Part shown: positions 1 through 11,376 of the stretch, piece by piece | How the letters are laid out: each line of letters begins with the position of its first letter | How positions within the stretch are numbered: position 1 is the stretch's first letter | Assembly (NCBI GenBank): GCA_040377305.1 | Contig: JBEIPA010000016.1 | Span: forward strand, 1-64,000 | Reading direction: 5' to 3' | Origin: Flavobacteriales bacterium | Lineage (GTDB): Bacteria > Bacteroidota > Bacteroidia > Palsa-965 | Length of the DNA: 64,000 bases | Translations under genes and position numbers: made by a program | The notes under the pieces: model-generated | What the model saw: only the letters and a program-made list of their open reading frames with translations | What the model was told of the DNA's origin: nothing | The model's database searches: none

Positions 1-907
1 CCCCTCACCCAATTGGTAGCTCTACCTCTGCGACACTCTTACTCGAGGCTGTTCCAAAAAACATTTCGGGGAGTACGAGCTATCTCCCAGTTTGATTAGC
101 CTTTCACCCCTACCCACAGCTCATCCGGAAGCTTTTCAACGCTTATCGGTTCGGTCCTCCATTGCATGTTACTGCAACTTCAACCTGGCCATGGGTAGAT
201 CACAAAGTTTCGCGTCTACCCCCACTGACTATGCGCCCTATTCAGACTTGCTTTCGCTTCGGCTGCGGACTTTAAGCCCTTAACCTTGCCAGTGAGGAGT
301 AACTCGTAGGGTCATTATGCAAAAGGCACGCCGTCACAACACGAAGTTGCTCCGACCGCTTGTAGGCGTACGGTTTCAGGTTCTATTTCACTCCCCTGTT
401 CGGGGTACTTTTCACCTTTCCTTCACAGTACTAGTTCACTATCGGTCTCTCAGGAGTATTTAGCCTTACCAGATGGTTCTGGTAGATTCAGACAGGATTA
501 CACATGTCCCGCCTTACTCAGGATACTGCTAGGTATTAAGTTATTTTCGTGTACGGGGCTATCACCCTCTGTGGCAAAATTTTCCAAAATGCTTTCACTA
601 ATAACTTAAAGTCCATGTTGCAGTCCTACAACCCCAAAATTGCCGAAACAATTTTGGTTTGGGCTATTCCCCGTTCGCTCGCCGCTACTGAGGGAATCAC
701 TTTTGTTTTCTTTTCCACCGGGTACTTAGATGTTTCAGTTCTCCGGGTTAGCGCTATTGCGATACATCTTCAATGTACCAGGTTTCCCCATTCGGAAGTC
801 TTCGGATCAAAGGTTATTTAGCACCTCCCCGAAGCTTATCGCAGCTTATCACGTCCTTCATCGCCTCTGAGAGCCAAGGCATCCGCCATACGCCCTTAAT
901 TGCTTTT
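1..907 (-). rRNA. rrl: 23S rRNA, 5' portion (runs off the window edge)
   Basis: Reverse complement begins AAGCAATTAAGGGCGTATGGCGGATGCCTTGGC and contains conserved 23S segments such as GACCGATAGTGAACTAGTACTGTGAAGGAAAGG; 5' end approximate. Confidence 0.95.
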
Positions 908-963
908 AATTACTTTTAGTTAGTTTTATGATTCTACTAACTTTTCAATTTATCATTTCAATA

Positions 964-975
964 TTTCAAAGAACT
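964..975 (-). promoter_or_regulatory. boxA-like antitermination site in the 16S-23S spacer
   Basis: AGTTCTTTGAAA on the minus strand; the same motif occurs in the 16S leader at about 2935-2946. Confidence 0.6.
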
Positions 976-1008
976 TTTTCCGACTAATCTTTATTAGTTC
1001 GGCAATAG

Positions 1009-1082
1009 TGGAGAATAACGGATTCGAACCGTTGACCCCCTGCGTGCAAGGCAGGTGCTCTAGCCAGCTGAGCTAATTCCCC
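1009..1082 (-). tRNA. tRNA-Ala(TGC)
   Basis: GGGGAATTAGCTCAGCTGGCTAGAGCACCTGCCTTGCACGCAGGGGGTCAACGGTTCGAATCCGTTATTCTCCA folds as a cloverleaf; CCA not encoded. Confidence 0.95.
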
Positions 1083-1093
1083 CAACTTTTATG

Positions 1094-1167
1094 TAGTCCC
1101 GAGCAGATTTGAACTGCTGACCCCTACATTATCAGTGTAGTGCTCTAACCAACTGAGCTACGGGACT
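1094..1167 (-). tRNA. tRNA-Ile(GAT)
   Basis: AGTCCCGTAGCTCAGTTGGTTAGAGCACTACACTGATAATGTAGGGGTCAGCAGTTCAAATCTGCTCGGGACTA folds as a cloverleaf. Confidence 0.95.
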
Positions 1168-1303
1168 AAGTGAACTCAGGACCCTGCTACCCAGCTTGAT
1201 ATGCTTACTCTCTGAGTTGGGAAAAAGTTATAAAATTTAAAGATAGAAGAGACAGAAGAAGTAGATTTCCAACATTAATGTTGAAATAGGAAATCATAAC
1301 TCT

Positions 1304-2828
<1,525 letters not shown>

Positions 2829-3024
2829 AAGTTGATCTGGCGCCCCGACAGGGGTCGGGGCAATTATTCTAAGCTTGACACTCAATTCCGGCCTCGCCGA
2901 AATGAGATGTCCATTTCCTAAACCTTTCCCAATTTTTCAAAGAACTTTCTGATATATAATGTGCCTTTTCTCTTGCGAAATCCAGCTAATCAGTCAATCT
3001 GTAAGAACGTCCGTTTGTGTTAAA

Positions 3025-3262
3025 CGGGCTGCAAAAGTACAACTCGTTTTGTAATCTCCAAACTTTATTTTCGATTTTTTTTAAAAATCTCTCGGTTTAT
3101 AACCTTCAGCTTTTCGAAACGGGCTGCAAAGATAATACTGCCTTATTCAATCTACCAAATTAAATCGTGAAATTTCTTTAAAAAATCAACGTTTTTACTC
3201 TTTCACAGAACGTCCCGTCGTTTACGGGGCTGCAAATGTACTATGACATTCCACGCAAACAA
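3025..3262 (-). promoter_or_regulatory. Three tandem Bacteroidota housekeeping promoters for the rRNA operon
   Basis: TAnnTTTG followed by CAGCCC at 3032-3039, 3127-3134 and 3233-3240, each with TTTG or TTG about 19-21 nt upstream. Confidence 0.75.
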
Positions 3263-3359
3263 GCCCTTTGGACGACTATTTACAGCATTTCAACGTAACT
3301 CATTGAAATACAAGGACAATAATTTTTGATTTCCTGCGAAATTCTCCTGAAAACGCAAG

Positions 3360-4073
3360 TTATGGGGTCGAAACGGCGACCGGAAGGGTCTTCCCATTGA
3401 AGTATTTATGACCATTTATTGCAAACCAGGACACATATTCTCCCATTTCAGCTGAACTCAAGGGTGCTTTATACCCCGGAAATGCTTCCGACAACATTTC
3501 CGTTTGCGCGGCACCCAATGCAAGACAGTTTACGCGGATGTTATGTTCCTTCAATTCCTCAGCCAATACTTCGCTCAATATTGCAAGTGCTCCCTTACTA
3601 CTACTATAAGCAGTTAAACCCGGAAATTTTGCAGTGCCATTCACCCCTCCTACACTACTGATATTTACAATGTGCGCCATTACTGATTTACTCAGTAATG
3701 GAAGCAACTTCTGTGTAAGTGTAAAGGGTGCAAAAACATTCACCGTGTATACGGCACGCAATTCTTCACTGGTGATTTCATCAAAGGGCTTATTGATCAG
3801 CGCACCCGCATTATTGACTAACACATCAATGGAAGAAATCATTTGCGAAATTCGCTGTACGAGTTCCTCGATATGTGTTACGTTTGAAATGTCAGCCGGA
3901 ATAACCACCAGATTTTGTGCGTGACCGGATTTACTCGCGGTATTGTACAGCAATTCTAATCCTGTTGCATTGCGAGCGATGGCAATTACTTTGTGACCCG
4001 CGCGACACAAATGCAACGCAGTGTCGAATCCGATTCCACGTGATGCGCCCGTGATTAAAACTGTTTTACTCAT
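3360..4073 (-). CDS. SDR family oxidoreductase
   Basis: TGASRGIG, NNAG and catalytic YSSSK motifs. Confidence 0.9.
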   Translation of the reverse strand: MSKTVLITGASRGIGFDTALHLCRAGHKVIAIARNATGLELLYNTASKSGHAQNLVVIPADISNVTHIEELVQRISQMISSIDVLVNNAGALINKPFDEITSEELRAVYTVNVFAPFTLTQKLLPLLSKSVMAHIVNISSVGGVNGTAKFPGLTAYSSSKGALAILSEVLAEELKEHNIRVNCLALGAAQTEMLSEAFPGYKAPLSSAEMGEYVSWFAINGHKYFNGKTLPVAVSTP

Positions 4074-4191
4074 GAGAAATTATTATCGAATGGTGTACGC
4101 GTGGTCCGTTGACCGGTGTCAGAATGCGCTAAAATAACTATTCGAAAACAGAGGCAACCATTGCGGCAGATTTAAGTCGTATTTTTGAACG

Positions 4192-4722
4192 ATGCGCGGA
4201 CTGATCCTTGTCTTTGTAATAATGTTGACTTACCCGGGAAGCGAACTGAATGCTCAAAAGGCCGAAACAGTTCCTGGCTCATGGATCGATCACGTAGGTA
4301 TAGGAGGGAATCTTGGTTTGCGCTTTGGCGATGTAACTTATATAGAGGTTTCTCCGATTGCTGGCTATCGTCTCGGTCCGTTTCTGATGCCAGGAATTGG
4401 TGGCAGCTACCGCTATTACAACGACAGATTTTCCTCGCAAGGAATTAGCTTATGGGGCGCGAGTGCATGGGTTCGTGCTTATCCGCTGCCTATGGTTTTC
4501 GCTTATGCAGAGCATGAGGAACTGTATGGCGCTTTCGATTACAATTTCCCGGGACGCAAATATTTCATTGGAACGAATTTCGTTGGTGGTGGATATTCAC
4601 AGGAAATGGGCGGAGCTTCTACATACGTGATGGTGCTATTTGCATTGAATCAGGACTTTTACGGAATTTACCAGAACCCTGTGATCCGAGTTGGATTTAT
4701 GCTTGGCGGAAATGCGGAATGA
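4192..4722 (+). CDS. Small outer-membrane beta-barrel protein, function unknown
   Basis: Signal peptide and alternating Gly/aromatic amphipathic strands. Confidence 0.7.
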   Translation: MRGLILVFVIMLTYPGSELNAQKAETVPGSWIDHVGIGGNLGLRFGDVTYIEVSPIAGYRLGPFLMPGIGGSYRYYNDRFSSQGISLWGASAWVRAYPLPMVFAYAEHEELYGAFDYNFPGRKYFIGTNFVGGGYSQEMGGASTYVMVLFALNQDFYGIYQNPVIRVGFMLGGNAE

Positions 4723-4770
4723 TTTACTTTCGCTTCCGAAGTGACTCCATCTGATGAAATGACATAACCC

Positions 4771-7700
4771 ATGAAAAGACTTCTACTTGCAACCGCATTT
4801 TTCATTTCTGCGTTCGTTCTTAATGCTAGCGCAAATCCGATTCCAAATCCGTTTCAGGCAGAATTCAATGCCGCGTACGCGGAGTATCCGAACATTCCGC
4901 GTGGCGTTCTTGAAGCTGTTTCATTCACAAATACGCGTTTCTCGCATCTAACAATTCAGGAAGAGTACTCTTGTACCGGGATGCCACAAGCCTTGAGTGT
5001 GATGGGACTGATGGAAGACGGACAAAATTGGTTCCGGAATAATCTTCAGACGGTTTCCATGTATTCGGGATTCGATGCACAGGAAATGAAAACAAATGCA
5101 GCGACATCTATTCGCGCGTATGCACGTGCATTTGATTCTCTGTACAAATCGATAAGCCTGATTCTTCCGCCACAGCGGCATTTTGCGGTTGTACAATCGG
5201 AAGAACAACGGGTGCGTGAAGTGCTGATTACATTGAGCGAATTGCCACTTCGAAGCGATGATGGAGGCTTGTTTGTTCTAAACAGCTTCACATACTCTGT
5301 ATTGAATTTCATGTGTGATGAAGCGATGGCTGGCACGTACAACTTTTCTGCGCACTGCTACAACCTGAAAAATCTCTTCGGAGAAAATAATTTTGGGGTG
5401 TTGTCCTCACGCAGTGTGAGCGTCTCTCCCACTCTGGTTCGCGGCGATGATGGAACAACGTATCGTGCGGGAGATGATCCCATTGTACAGTCTGCAGATT
5501 ATGGACCGGCCTTGTGGAATCCTGCTGCGTCGTGCAACTATTCGTCAAGAAATTCTGTTGCAGTTAGCGCAGTTACCATTCATACTGTGCAGGGAACGTA
5601 TGCGGGTTGCATCTCCTGGTTTCAGAATTGTGCAGCAGGCGTTTCTGCTCATTATGTTGTTCGTTCCAGCGACGGGCAGATTACGCAGATGGTATATGAG
5701 TCTCTGAAAGGATGGCATGTTGGATCTGAAAATCCTTACACGGTTGGAATCGAACACGAAGGTTACGTGAGCAATTCTGCATGGTACACGGTGCCGATGT
5801 ACACTAACTCCGCTGCATTGTGTGCAGATATATGCGCTGACTACGGAATAAATCCACTGCGAACCGGATGGTGGCCTTGGTTGGCAACTACGAACTACAA
5901 CCAGTCGAACATTCCGGGAGCGTGTACGCGCGTGAAGGGACATCAGCACTATCCGAATCAAAGTCATACTGATCCCGGAGTAAACTGGAATTGGGATTAT
6001 TTCTACGAGTTGATTAATCCTGCACCGGCTGCGACAACTTACACGACTGCAACAGGAAACTTCTACGATAGTGGTGGGCCGGTTTCGCAATACGCTGATG
6101 ATGAGCGCCAGATTTTTACCGTCGCGCCAACAAATGCAACTTCTGTAACAGTCAACTTCAGTGTATTCGATGTAGAGAACACCTGGGATTATCTTTTCGT
6201 TTACGATGGTGCGAATATTAATTCTCCACTCATTGGATACTACACAGGTGCAAACAATCCCGGAACAATTATTTCAAGCGGAGGTTCGTTGACATTCGAA
6301 TGGAGAAGTGATTGTGCGACCACTGATAATGGTTGGGACGCATCGTGGACATCGACTTCGAACAATCAGCAGGCGGACAATACTGCGCCCGCAACTCAAG
6401 TAACTGTGAATGGAATCTGGCAAACGCAGGATTTTTCTGCAACATTCGCGGAATCGGATAACGTTGGTGGAAGCGGTCTTGAGAAGAGTTATTATCAAGT
6501 GATTGATTACGACGGAGCCGATTGGAGAGCGAATAACACCCAAGGATTCTTCAGCGACAATTTCGATCTCGCAGCGCTTCACACCGATTGGTCGGTTGTT
6601 ACCGGAACGTGGGGACTTAACAGTGGTGTTCTTGAGCAGAATGACGAGAACGTAACTAACTCCAACATCTACGCACCATTAACACAAAATCTTGCGAACC
6701 GGTATTTGTATCACTGGGCAGGAAAGATTGATGGCGTTGGAAGTAATCGCAGAGCTGGCTTTCATTTCTTCTGCGATAATCCGACTGCAACTAATCGTGG
6801 CAATTCATACTTCGTATGGTTCCGTGTCGATCAAAGTGTGTGTGAATGGTATGAAGTTGTCAACGACACATTCACGCTGCAACATTCCGTTCCGTTGACT
6901 GTAAACGCAAATCAGTGGTACGACTGGAAAGTGATTTACGATCGCATCACCGGAAAAATTACGGTGTATCAGGACAATAGTTATGTCGGAGACTGGACAG
7001 ATTCATCGCCACTTGCGAATGGAAATTTTGTTTCTTTCCGCAGCGGCAATGCGAACTGGCAGATCAACAATTTCAAAGTGTATCGTTCGCGCTATGATAA
7101 TCTACCAGCGACGGTTACGGTCGGGAATTGTCCTACGTGTGAATTGCGTTATCAAAATACGAATCCGTCTACACCAGCTGGTCGCGTGAAGAGTATTGTT
7201 GCGGACAGTGCTGGAAATCTTTCTGCGGTTTCTTACGTTGATATCAATGTTGACTGGACTGTACCAACACCAATTGACACGGTGAATGATGGATTCGGAA
7301 CAGATATTGATCTTTCCGCGAACGCAACCACACTTTGGGGCGATTGGTCGGTGTCGGTTGACACAAACTCAGGACTGTCGCGTTATTGGTTCGCAATTGG
7401 TACTGCCGCTTGTGATTCTGATGTGGTTGCATGGACGAATAACTGGGGATTTGACACGGCTACTGTCAACAGTCTTTCGTTGATCACCAACACCTGGTAT
7501 TACTTCTCCGTAAAAGCAGAGAACGGCGCTGGGTTGATTACGCCTTGTTACTCGAGTGATGGTGTGTTGGTGGATCTGACACTTGGAGTTTATTCAACTC
7601 CATCAGGTGCAATCACTGCGAATGTTGGTCCCAATCCTTTTGCAGATTTCAGTACGTTGAATTACTCCTTGACGCAAAACGAAAATGTTGTAATCACCGT

Positions 7701-7860
7701 AGTTGACATTAACGGAAAAGCAGTCAATGTGTACTCAGGAAATCAAACTTCAGGTGGGCACAAAGTGACTATCAACGGAGATGTTCTTGCTTCCGGATTG
7801 TACTTCGTGAATATTCAGACTTCAACCGAAAATCTGTCGATTCCCGTGATTCATCGCTAG
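4771..7860 (+). CDS. T9SS-secreted N-acetylmuramoyl-L-alanine amidase (Amidase_2 + CUB + beta-sandwich/FN3-like + type A CTD)
   Basis: Signal peptide; IHTVQG, SAHYVV, GIEHEG, HTDPG motifs; CUB-like FDVENTWDYLFVYDG; C-terminal PNPF...GLYFVNI. Confidence 0.85.
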   Translation: MKRLLLATAFFISAFVLNASANPIPNPFQAEFNAAYAEYPNIPRGVLEAVSFTNTRFSHLTIQEEYSCTGMPQALSVMGLMEDGQNWFRNNLQTVSMYSGFDAQEMKTNAATSIRAYARAFDSLYKSISLILPPQRHFAVVQSEEQRVREVLITLSELPLRSDDGGLFVLNSFTYSVLNFMCDEAMAGTYNFSAHCYNLKNLFGENNFGVLSSRSVSVSPTLVRGDDGTTYRAGDDPIVQSADYGPALWNPAASCNYSSRNSVAVSAVTIHTVQGTYAGCISWFQNCAAGVSAHYVVRSSDGQITQMVYESLKGWHVGSENPYTVGIEHEGYVSNSAWYTVPMYTNSAALCADICADYGINPLRTGWWPWLATTNYNQSNIPGACTRVKGHQHYPNQSHTDPGVNWNWDYFYELINPAPAATTYTTATGNFYDSGGPVSQYADDERQIFTVAPTNATSVTVNFSVFDVENTWDYLFVYDGANINSPLIGYYTGANNPGTIISSGGSLTFEWRSDCATTDNGWDASWTSTSNNQQADNTAPATQVTVNGIWQTQDFSATFAESDNVGGSGLEKSYYQVIDYDGADWRANNTQGFFSDNFDLAALHTDWSVVTGTWGLNSGVLEQNDENVTNSNIYAPLTQNLANRYLYHWAGKIDGVGSNRRAGFHFFCDNPTATNRGNSYFVWFRVDQSVCEWYEVVNDTFTLQHSVPLTVNANQWYDWKVIYDRITGKITVYQDNSYVGDWTDSSPLANGNFVSFRSGNANWQINNFKVYRSRYDNLPATVTVGNCPTCELRYQNTNPSTPAGRVKSIVADSAGNLSAVSYVDINVDWTVPTPIDTVNDGFGTDIDLSANATTLWGDWSVSVDTNSGLSRYWFAIGTAACDSDVVAWTNNWGFDTATVNSLSLITNTWYYFSVKAENGAGLITPCYSSDGVLVDLTLGVYSTPSGAITANVGPNPFADFSTLNYSLTQNENVVITVVDINGKAVNVYSGNQTSGGHKVTINGDVLASGLYFVNIQTSTENLSIPVIHR

Positions 7861-8067
7861 GTCTTGCCGAATTCGCCACTTAATTTTTTTTCCGCAAAAT
7901 CCATTATACCGAACGCCCCACTGTGATGCGAAATGCAACGAACTGGCTCACGTGGGTACTAACACGGTTCTTCATCGTATTCCCAAAAAGTCAGACAAAG
8001 ATCTATGGTGACAATTAACCCCAATAATATTCCCCACTGGGCTTGTAAAACTATCGTTTGTTAAGAG

Positions 8068-8094
8068 GGAACCTTTCGCCCAGTCCTGCGTCAA
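8068..8094 (+). promoter_or_regulatory. Putative ECF sigma promoter
   Basis: GGAACC-N15-CGTCAA upstream of the 8142 gene; the same spacing recurs at 29429-29455. Confidence 0.45.
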
Positions 8095-8141
8095 TTTTAA
8101 GTAGCTTTGAATTCCAAAATTCTTAACACTTATTGAATCGC

Positions 8142-9383
8142 ATGAGATTTTTATTCTTCACCTTGATTTTGTTGACTTGCGTTAAACTGAACGCGCAGTG
8201 GGATACGCTGAATACCGGGACCGACATTCGTTTTAATGCAATTGCATCAGACGATTTGATGGGTCAAGTTGCAGTGGGGTTTGATCCGGCAAGTGATTCA
8301 GGTGGAACAAACGGAGCCATTTTCGCAAGTGGAGATAACGGTGATACTTGGATGCAAATACTTCCTACCCCACTGAGTGATGGACTTGAATTTTGGGATG
8401 TAGACTACACACCCACTGATCGTATTCTGGTAGTAGGTGATAGTGGATATGTTTCGGTACAAACGATCTGGTTTCAGACATTTGATTTTATCGGACGAAT
8501 TTCGCCTTACTCCCTGCGTGCTGGTGTGGTAGCGGACACTTCCGTTTATTATTGCGGAGGTGAACACGGACTTGTTTATCGAACGGTGAATGGTGGCATC
8601 TCCTGGGATACATTGACAACAGGCACAACCGAAACCATTAACGACATTTATTTCAACGGCGTATCTGATGGCTGGATTGTTTGCGACGATGGTTACATGG
8701 CAGTTACGGCAGATAGCGGAAACACCTGGCAGTTTGTTGCACAGCCCATGTGGGGTTTTGTTGACATCAAGAGTTTCGATTATCAGGATTCTGTTTCTGT
8801 TAATCCTTATCTCGTAGGAAGTGCGGGCATCGCCAACTTCTCAATCAATGGAGGACTCAACTGGGCAGGAATTGCAACGGGGACAACAAATACATTGAAC
8901 AAGATTCGCTTTGGAACAAATAATGCAGGTTTAATTGTTGGTGACAATGGATTTATTTTCCGCACAGAGAACGCAGGCTGGTCGTGGTTTACAGATTCCT
9001 CTTCGGAGATCGTAGACTTTTTCGACATTGCTTATGGCGGAGATACCACGGCGTTCATTTGTGGAGACTCGGGAGTTGTATTGAGAAGCAACGTGAATAT
9101 TTCTTCAGTTCAACAACGTGAAATCACATCATTCTCGGCTGGAGCTTATCCGAATCCATCTACTGGTCCCTTGAACTTACAATTGATGCTCGCTACTGAT
9201 TCAGACATTACAATTGACGTGATCAATATCACCGGAGCAATCATTGCAACAGAATACCACGAAAATGTGAGTGCCGGAGAAAACGTTCTTCCGATTAGCT
9301 TACAATCGCTGGCTGAGGGCATGTATTTCGTGCGAATCAGTAATGGATATAGTGCGGTGACGATACGTGTGGTAAGACAATAA
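8142..9383 (+). CDS. YCF48/BNR-repeat beta-propeller protein with T9SS type A CTD
   Basis: Repeated (S/T)xDxGxTW BNR motifs; YPNPSTG...GMYFVRI CTD; ATG start preferred over TTG at 8133. Confidence 0.85.
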   Translation: MRFLFFTLILLTCVKLNAQWDTLNTGTDIRFNAIASDDLMGQVAVGFDPASDSGGTNGAIFASGDNGDTWMQILPTPLSDGLEFWDVDYTPTDRILVVGDSGYVSVQTIWFQTFDFIGRISPYSLRAGVVADTSVYYCGGEHGLVYRTVNGGISWDTLTTGTTETINDIYFNGVSDGWIVCDDGYMAVTADSGNTWQFVAQPMWGFVDIKSFDYQDSVSVNPYLVGSAGIANFSINGGLNWAGIATGTTNTLNKIRFGTNNAGLIVGDNGFIFRTENAGWSWFTDSSSEIVDFFDIAYGGDTTAFICGDSGVVLRSNVNISSVQQREITSFSAGAYPNPSTGPLNLQLMLATDSDITIDVINITGAIIATEYHENVSAGENVLPISLQSLAEGMYFVRISNGYSAVTIRVVRQ

Positions 9384-9403
9384 GACGATATATAAAATGA
9401 GTT

Positions 9404-9448
9404 AAGCCCGTCTCGTCAATATCATGACGAGACGGGCTTTCTTCTTTC
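9404..9448 (+). terminator. Intrinsic terminator
   Basis: AAGCCCGTCTCGTCA / TGACGAGACGGGCTT stem followed by a T-rich tail. Confidence 0.8.
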
Positions 9449-9452
9449 ACAT

Positions 9453-9511
9453 CACACACGCGCTCAAACCTTAAAGGTTTTAAAAACCTTTAAGGTTTGA
9501 GCGCGTGTGTG
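9453..9511. repeat. Perfect 29-bp inverted repeat (REP-doublet-like)
   Basis: CACACACGCGCTCAAACCTTAAAGGTTTT-A-AAAACCTTTAAGGTTTGAGCGCGTGTGTG; each arm contains its own AAACCT...AGGTTT hairpin. Confidence 0.85.
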
Positions 9512-9597
9512 GGGTTTCTTTTTCCCGCCTGTATCTTTTTCAAAAGTCCGGCATTAGGAAGGTTAAACAAGTAAGTCTAACCTAAAACTATATAGCC

Positions 9598-11208
9598 ATG
9601 GCAGGCGGAAACATCTCACCACGCCAGAAGATGATCGGAATGATGTACCTCGTACTCACCGCACTTCTCGCACTCAACGTATCAAAAGAAATTCTGGATG
9701 CGTTTGTCACTATTAACGCCGGATTAGAAAACACCGGACAAAGCTTCGATAAAGATCTCGCAGGGCTTTACGCACGTTTCGATGAAAAGAAAAGCGTAGA
9801 TCCTTTGCGCGTAACTCCGAACTGGGAGAAAGCCCAACAGGCTAAAGCGATGTCGAAAGAACTCAATCAGTATATCGATCAGCTCAAGAAGCGTTTGATT
9901 CGTGAAACAGAAGGATTCGCAAATCACGAGGAAGATACAGTGCGACTCATGTATGTGAATGGAAAAGACAATCACGATGTGCCGACTGATATTATGATCG
10001 GACAATCTGAAGATGGTTCTGCAGGTGAATCGCGTATTCTCAAGGACAGAATGAATACGTACAAAAAAGATATGCTTGCCTTGCTGCCAGAGAATGTTGC
10101 GAATCAGCTTCACCTGAATATCGAAACGGAAGATCCGCAAGATGGTGGTGAAACACGTACGTGGGAAATGCGCAACTTCTATCATTCTCCGCTTGCGGCG
10201 AGTGTGACCATCCTCTCAAAAATTCAGGACGATCTTAAAGCCGCTGAAGCGGATGTTGTAGACGAGCTTCTTAAAGCCACAGACTCCGACATCATTCCGT
10301 TCGACACCGTTGCAGCGCGTGTTGTAGCTCCTACCAGTTATGTTCTTCTCGGTGAAGAGTACAATGCAGACATTTTCCTTGCTGCGTTTAACAAGACACT
10401 TGTTCCGCAGGTTTACATTGGAGAATACGATCCGATTACCGGAAAAATGATTGGTTCATATGACAGCGTTCCTGTATTCGACGGACTCGGAAAATACAAT
10501 CTCAAAACCGACAAAGAAGGTGTGATGACGTACGAAGGTGTGATTAACATGAAGACTCCGAAAGGAACGTACATGCAGTTTCCGTTTCAGTCGCAGTACA
10601 TTGTTGCGAGACCTTCGGCGACTGCGAGCGCAGATAAGATGAATGTATTGTATGCGGGGCTCGAAAATCCTGTGACCGTTTCAGTTCCTGGTGTGCCGAA
10701 TGAGAAAGTTCGTGTGTCGTGCGACAATGGAACACTTACTCCACTAGGCGGCGGAAAATATAATGTCACCAGCCCGGTAGCCGGACGACCGTGTCACATC
10801 AACATCAGCGCGGAAACAGATAGCGGACACGTTCGTTCAATGGGTGTAATGGAATTCCGTGTAAAGCAATTGCCGGCTCCACTCGTATATCCTTCGGGAG
10901 CTACAGCAACACGCACTTCGGCTGCATCTCTTGCTCAGTCTCTCGGTTTGGTTTGCACTTACGGGCCGGACTTCAATTTCAACGCAAAAGCGAATGTTGT
11001 CTCTTATTCACTCGACATCATGGCACCTGGTGGAACTCAATTTCTTTTCTCGAAAGAAGGAATAACAGGGAACCAGCTCCCACAAGCAGCAAAAGATGCG
11101 TTGAAAAATGCAAGACGCGGCACGAAAGTATATTTCTACGACATCAATTCAGTTGGGGCCGACAACAACCGTGTGAAGTCTCCACCATGCACATACGTTA
11201 TCAACTAG
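9598..11208 (+). CDS. gldM: GldM/PorM family gliding/T9SS motor protein, stand-alone
   Basis: Signature N-terminus SPRQKMIGMMYLVLTALLALNVSKEILDAF; ADKMNVLYAGLENPVTVSVPG. Confidence 0.88.
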   Translation: MAGGNISPRQKMIGMMYLVLTALLALNVSKEILDAFVTINAGLENTGQSFDKDLAGLYARFDEKKSVDPLRVTPNWEKAQQAKAMSKELNQYIDQLKKRLIRETEGFANHEEDTVRLMYVNGKDNHDVPTDIMIGQSEDGSAGESRILKDRMNTYKKDMLALLPENVANQLHLNIETEDPQDGGETRTWEMRNFYHSPLAASVTILSKIQDDLKAAEADVVDELLKATDSDIIPFDTVAARVVAPTSYVLLGEEYNADIFLAAFNKTLVPQVYIGEYDPITGKMIGSYDSVPVFDGLGKYNLKTDKEGVMTYEGVINMKTPKGTYMQFPFQSQYIVARPSATASADKMNVLYAGLENPVTVSVPGVPNEKVRVSCDNGTLTPLGGGKYNVTSPVAGRPCHINISAETDSGHVRSMGVMEFRVKQLPAPLVYPSGATATRTSAASLAQSLGLVCTYGPDFNFNAKANVVSYSLDIMAPGGTQFLFSKEGITGNQLPQAAKDALKNARRGTKVYFYDINSVGADNNRVKSPPCTYVIN

Positions 11209-11251
11209 TTTTCTGTGAGCGGTGAGAATGCAGATCTCTGAGTCAGGGATC

Positions 11252-11284
11252 AACGGACAGTCGGTAGTAGGACTGTCCGTTTTG
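11252..11284 (+). terminator. Intrinsic terminator after gldM
   Basis: AACGGACAGTC / GACTGTCCGTT stem with a short T run. Confidence 0.7.
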
Positions 11285-11376
11285 CATTTAATGATCGTTA
11301 CTAAGCATATTGTGAGCGCGTAAGGTAATTGGTACTTGTAAGCGCGTTTAACAATTCGGATTGTTAACTTTGTATT

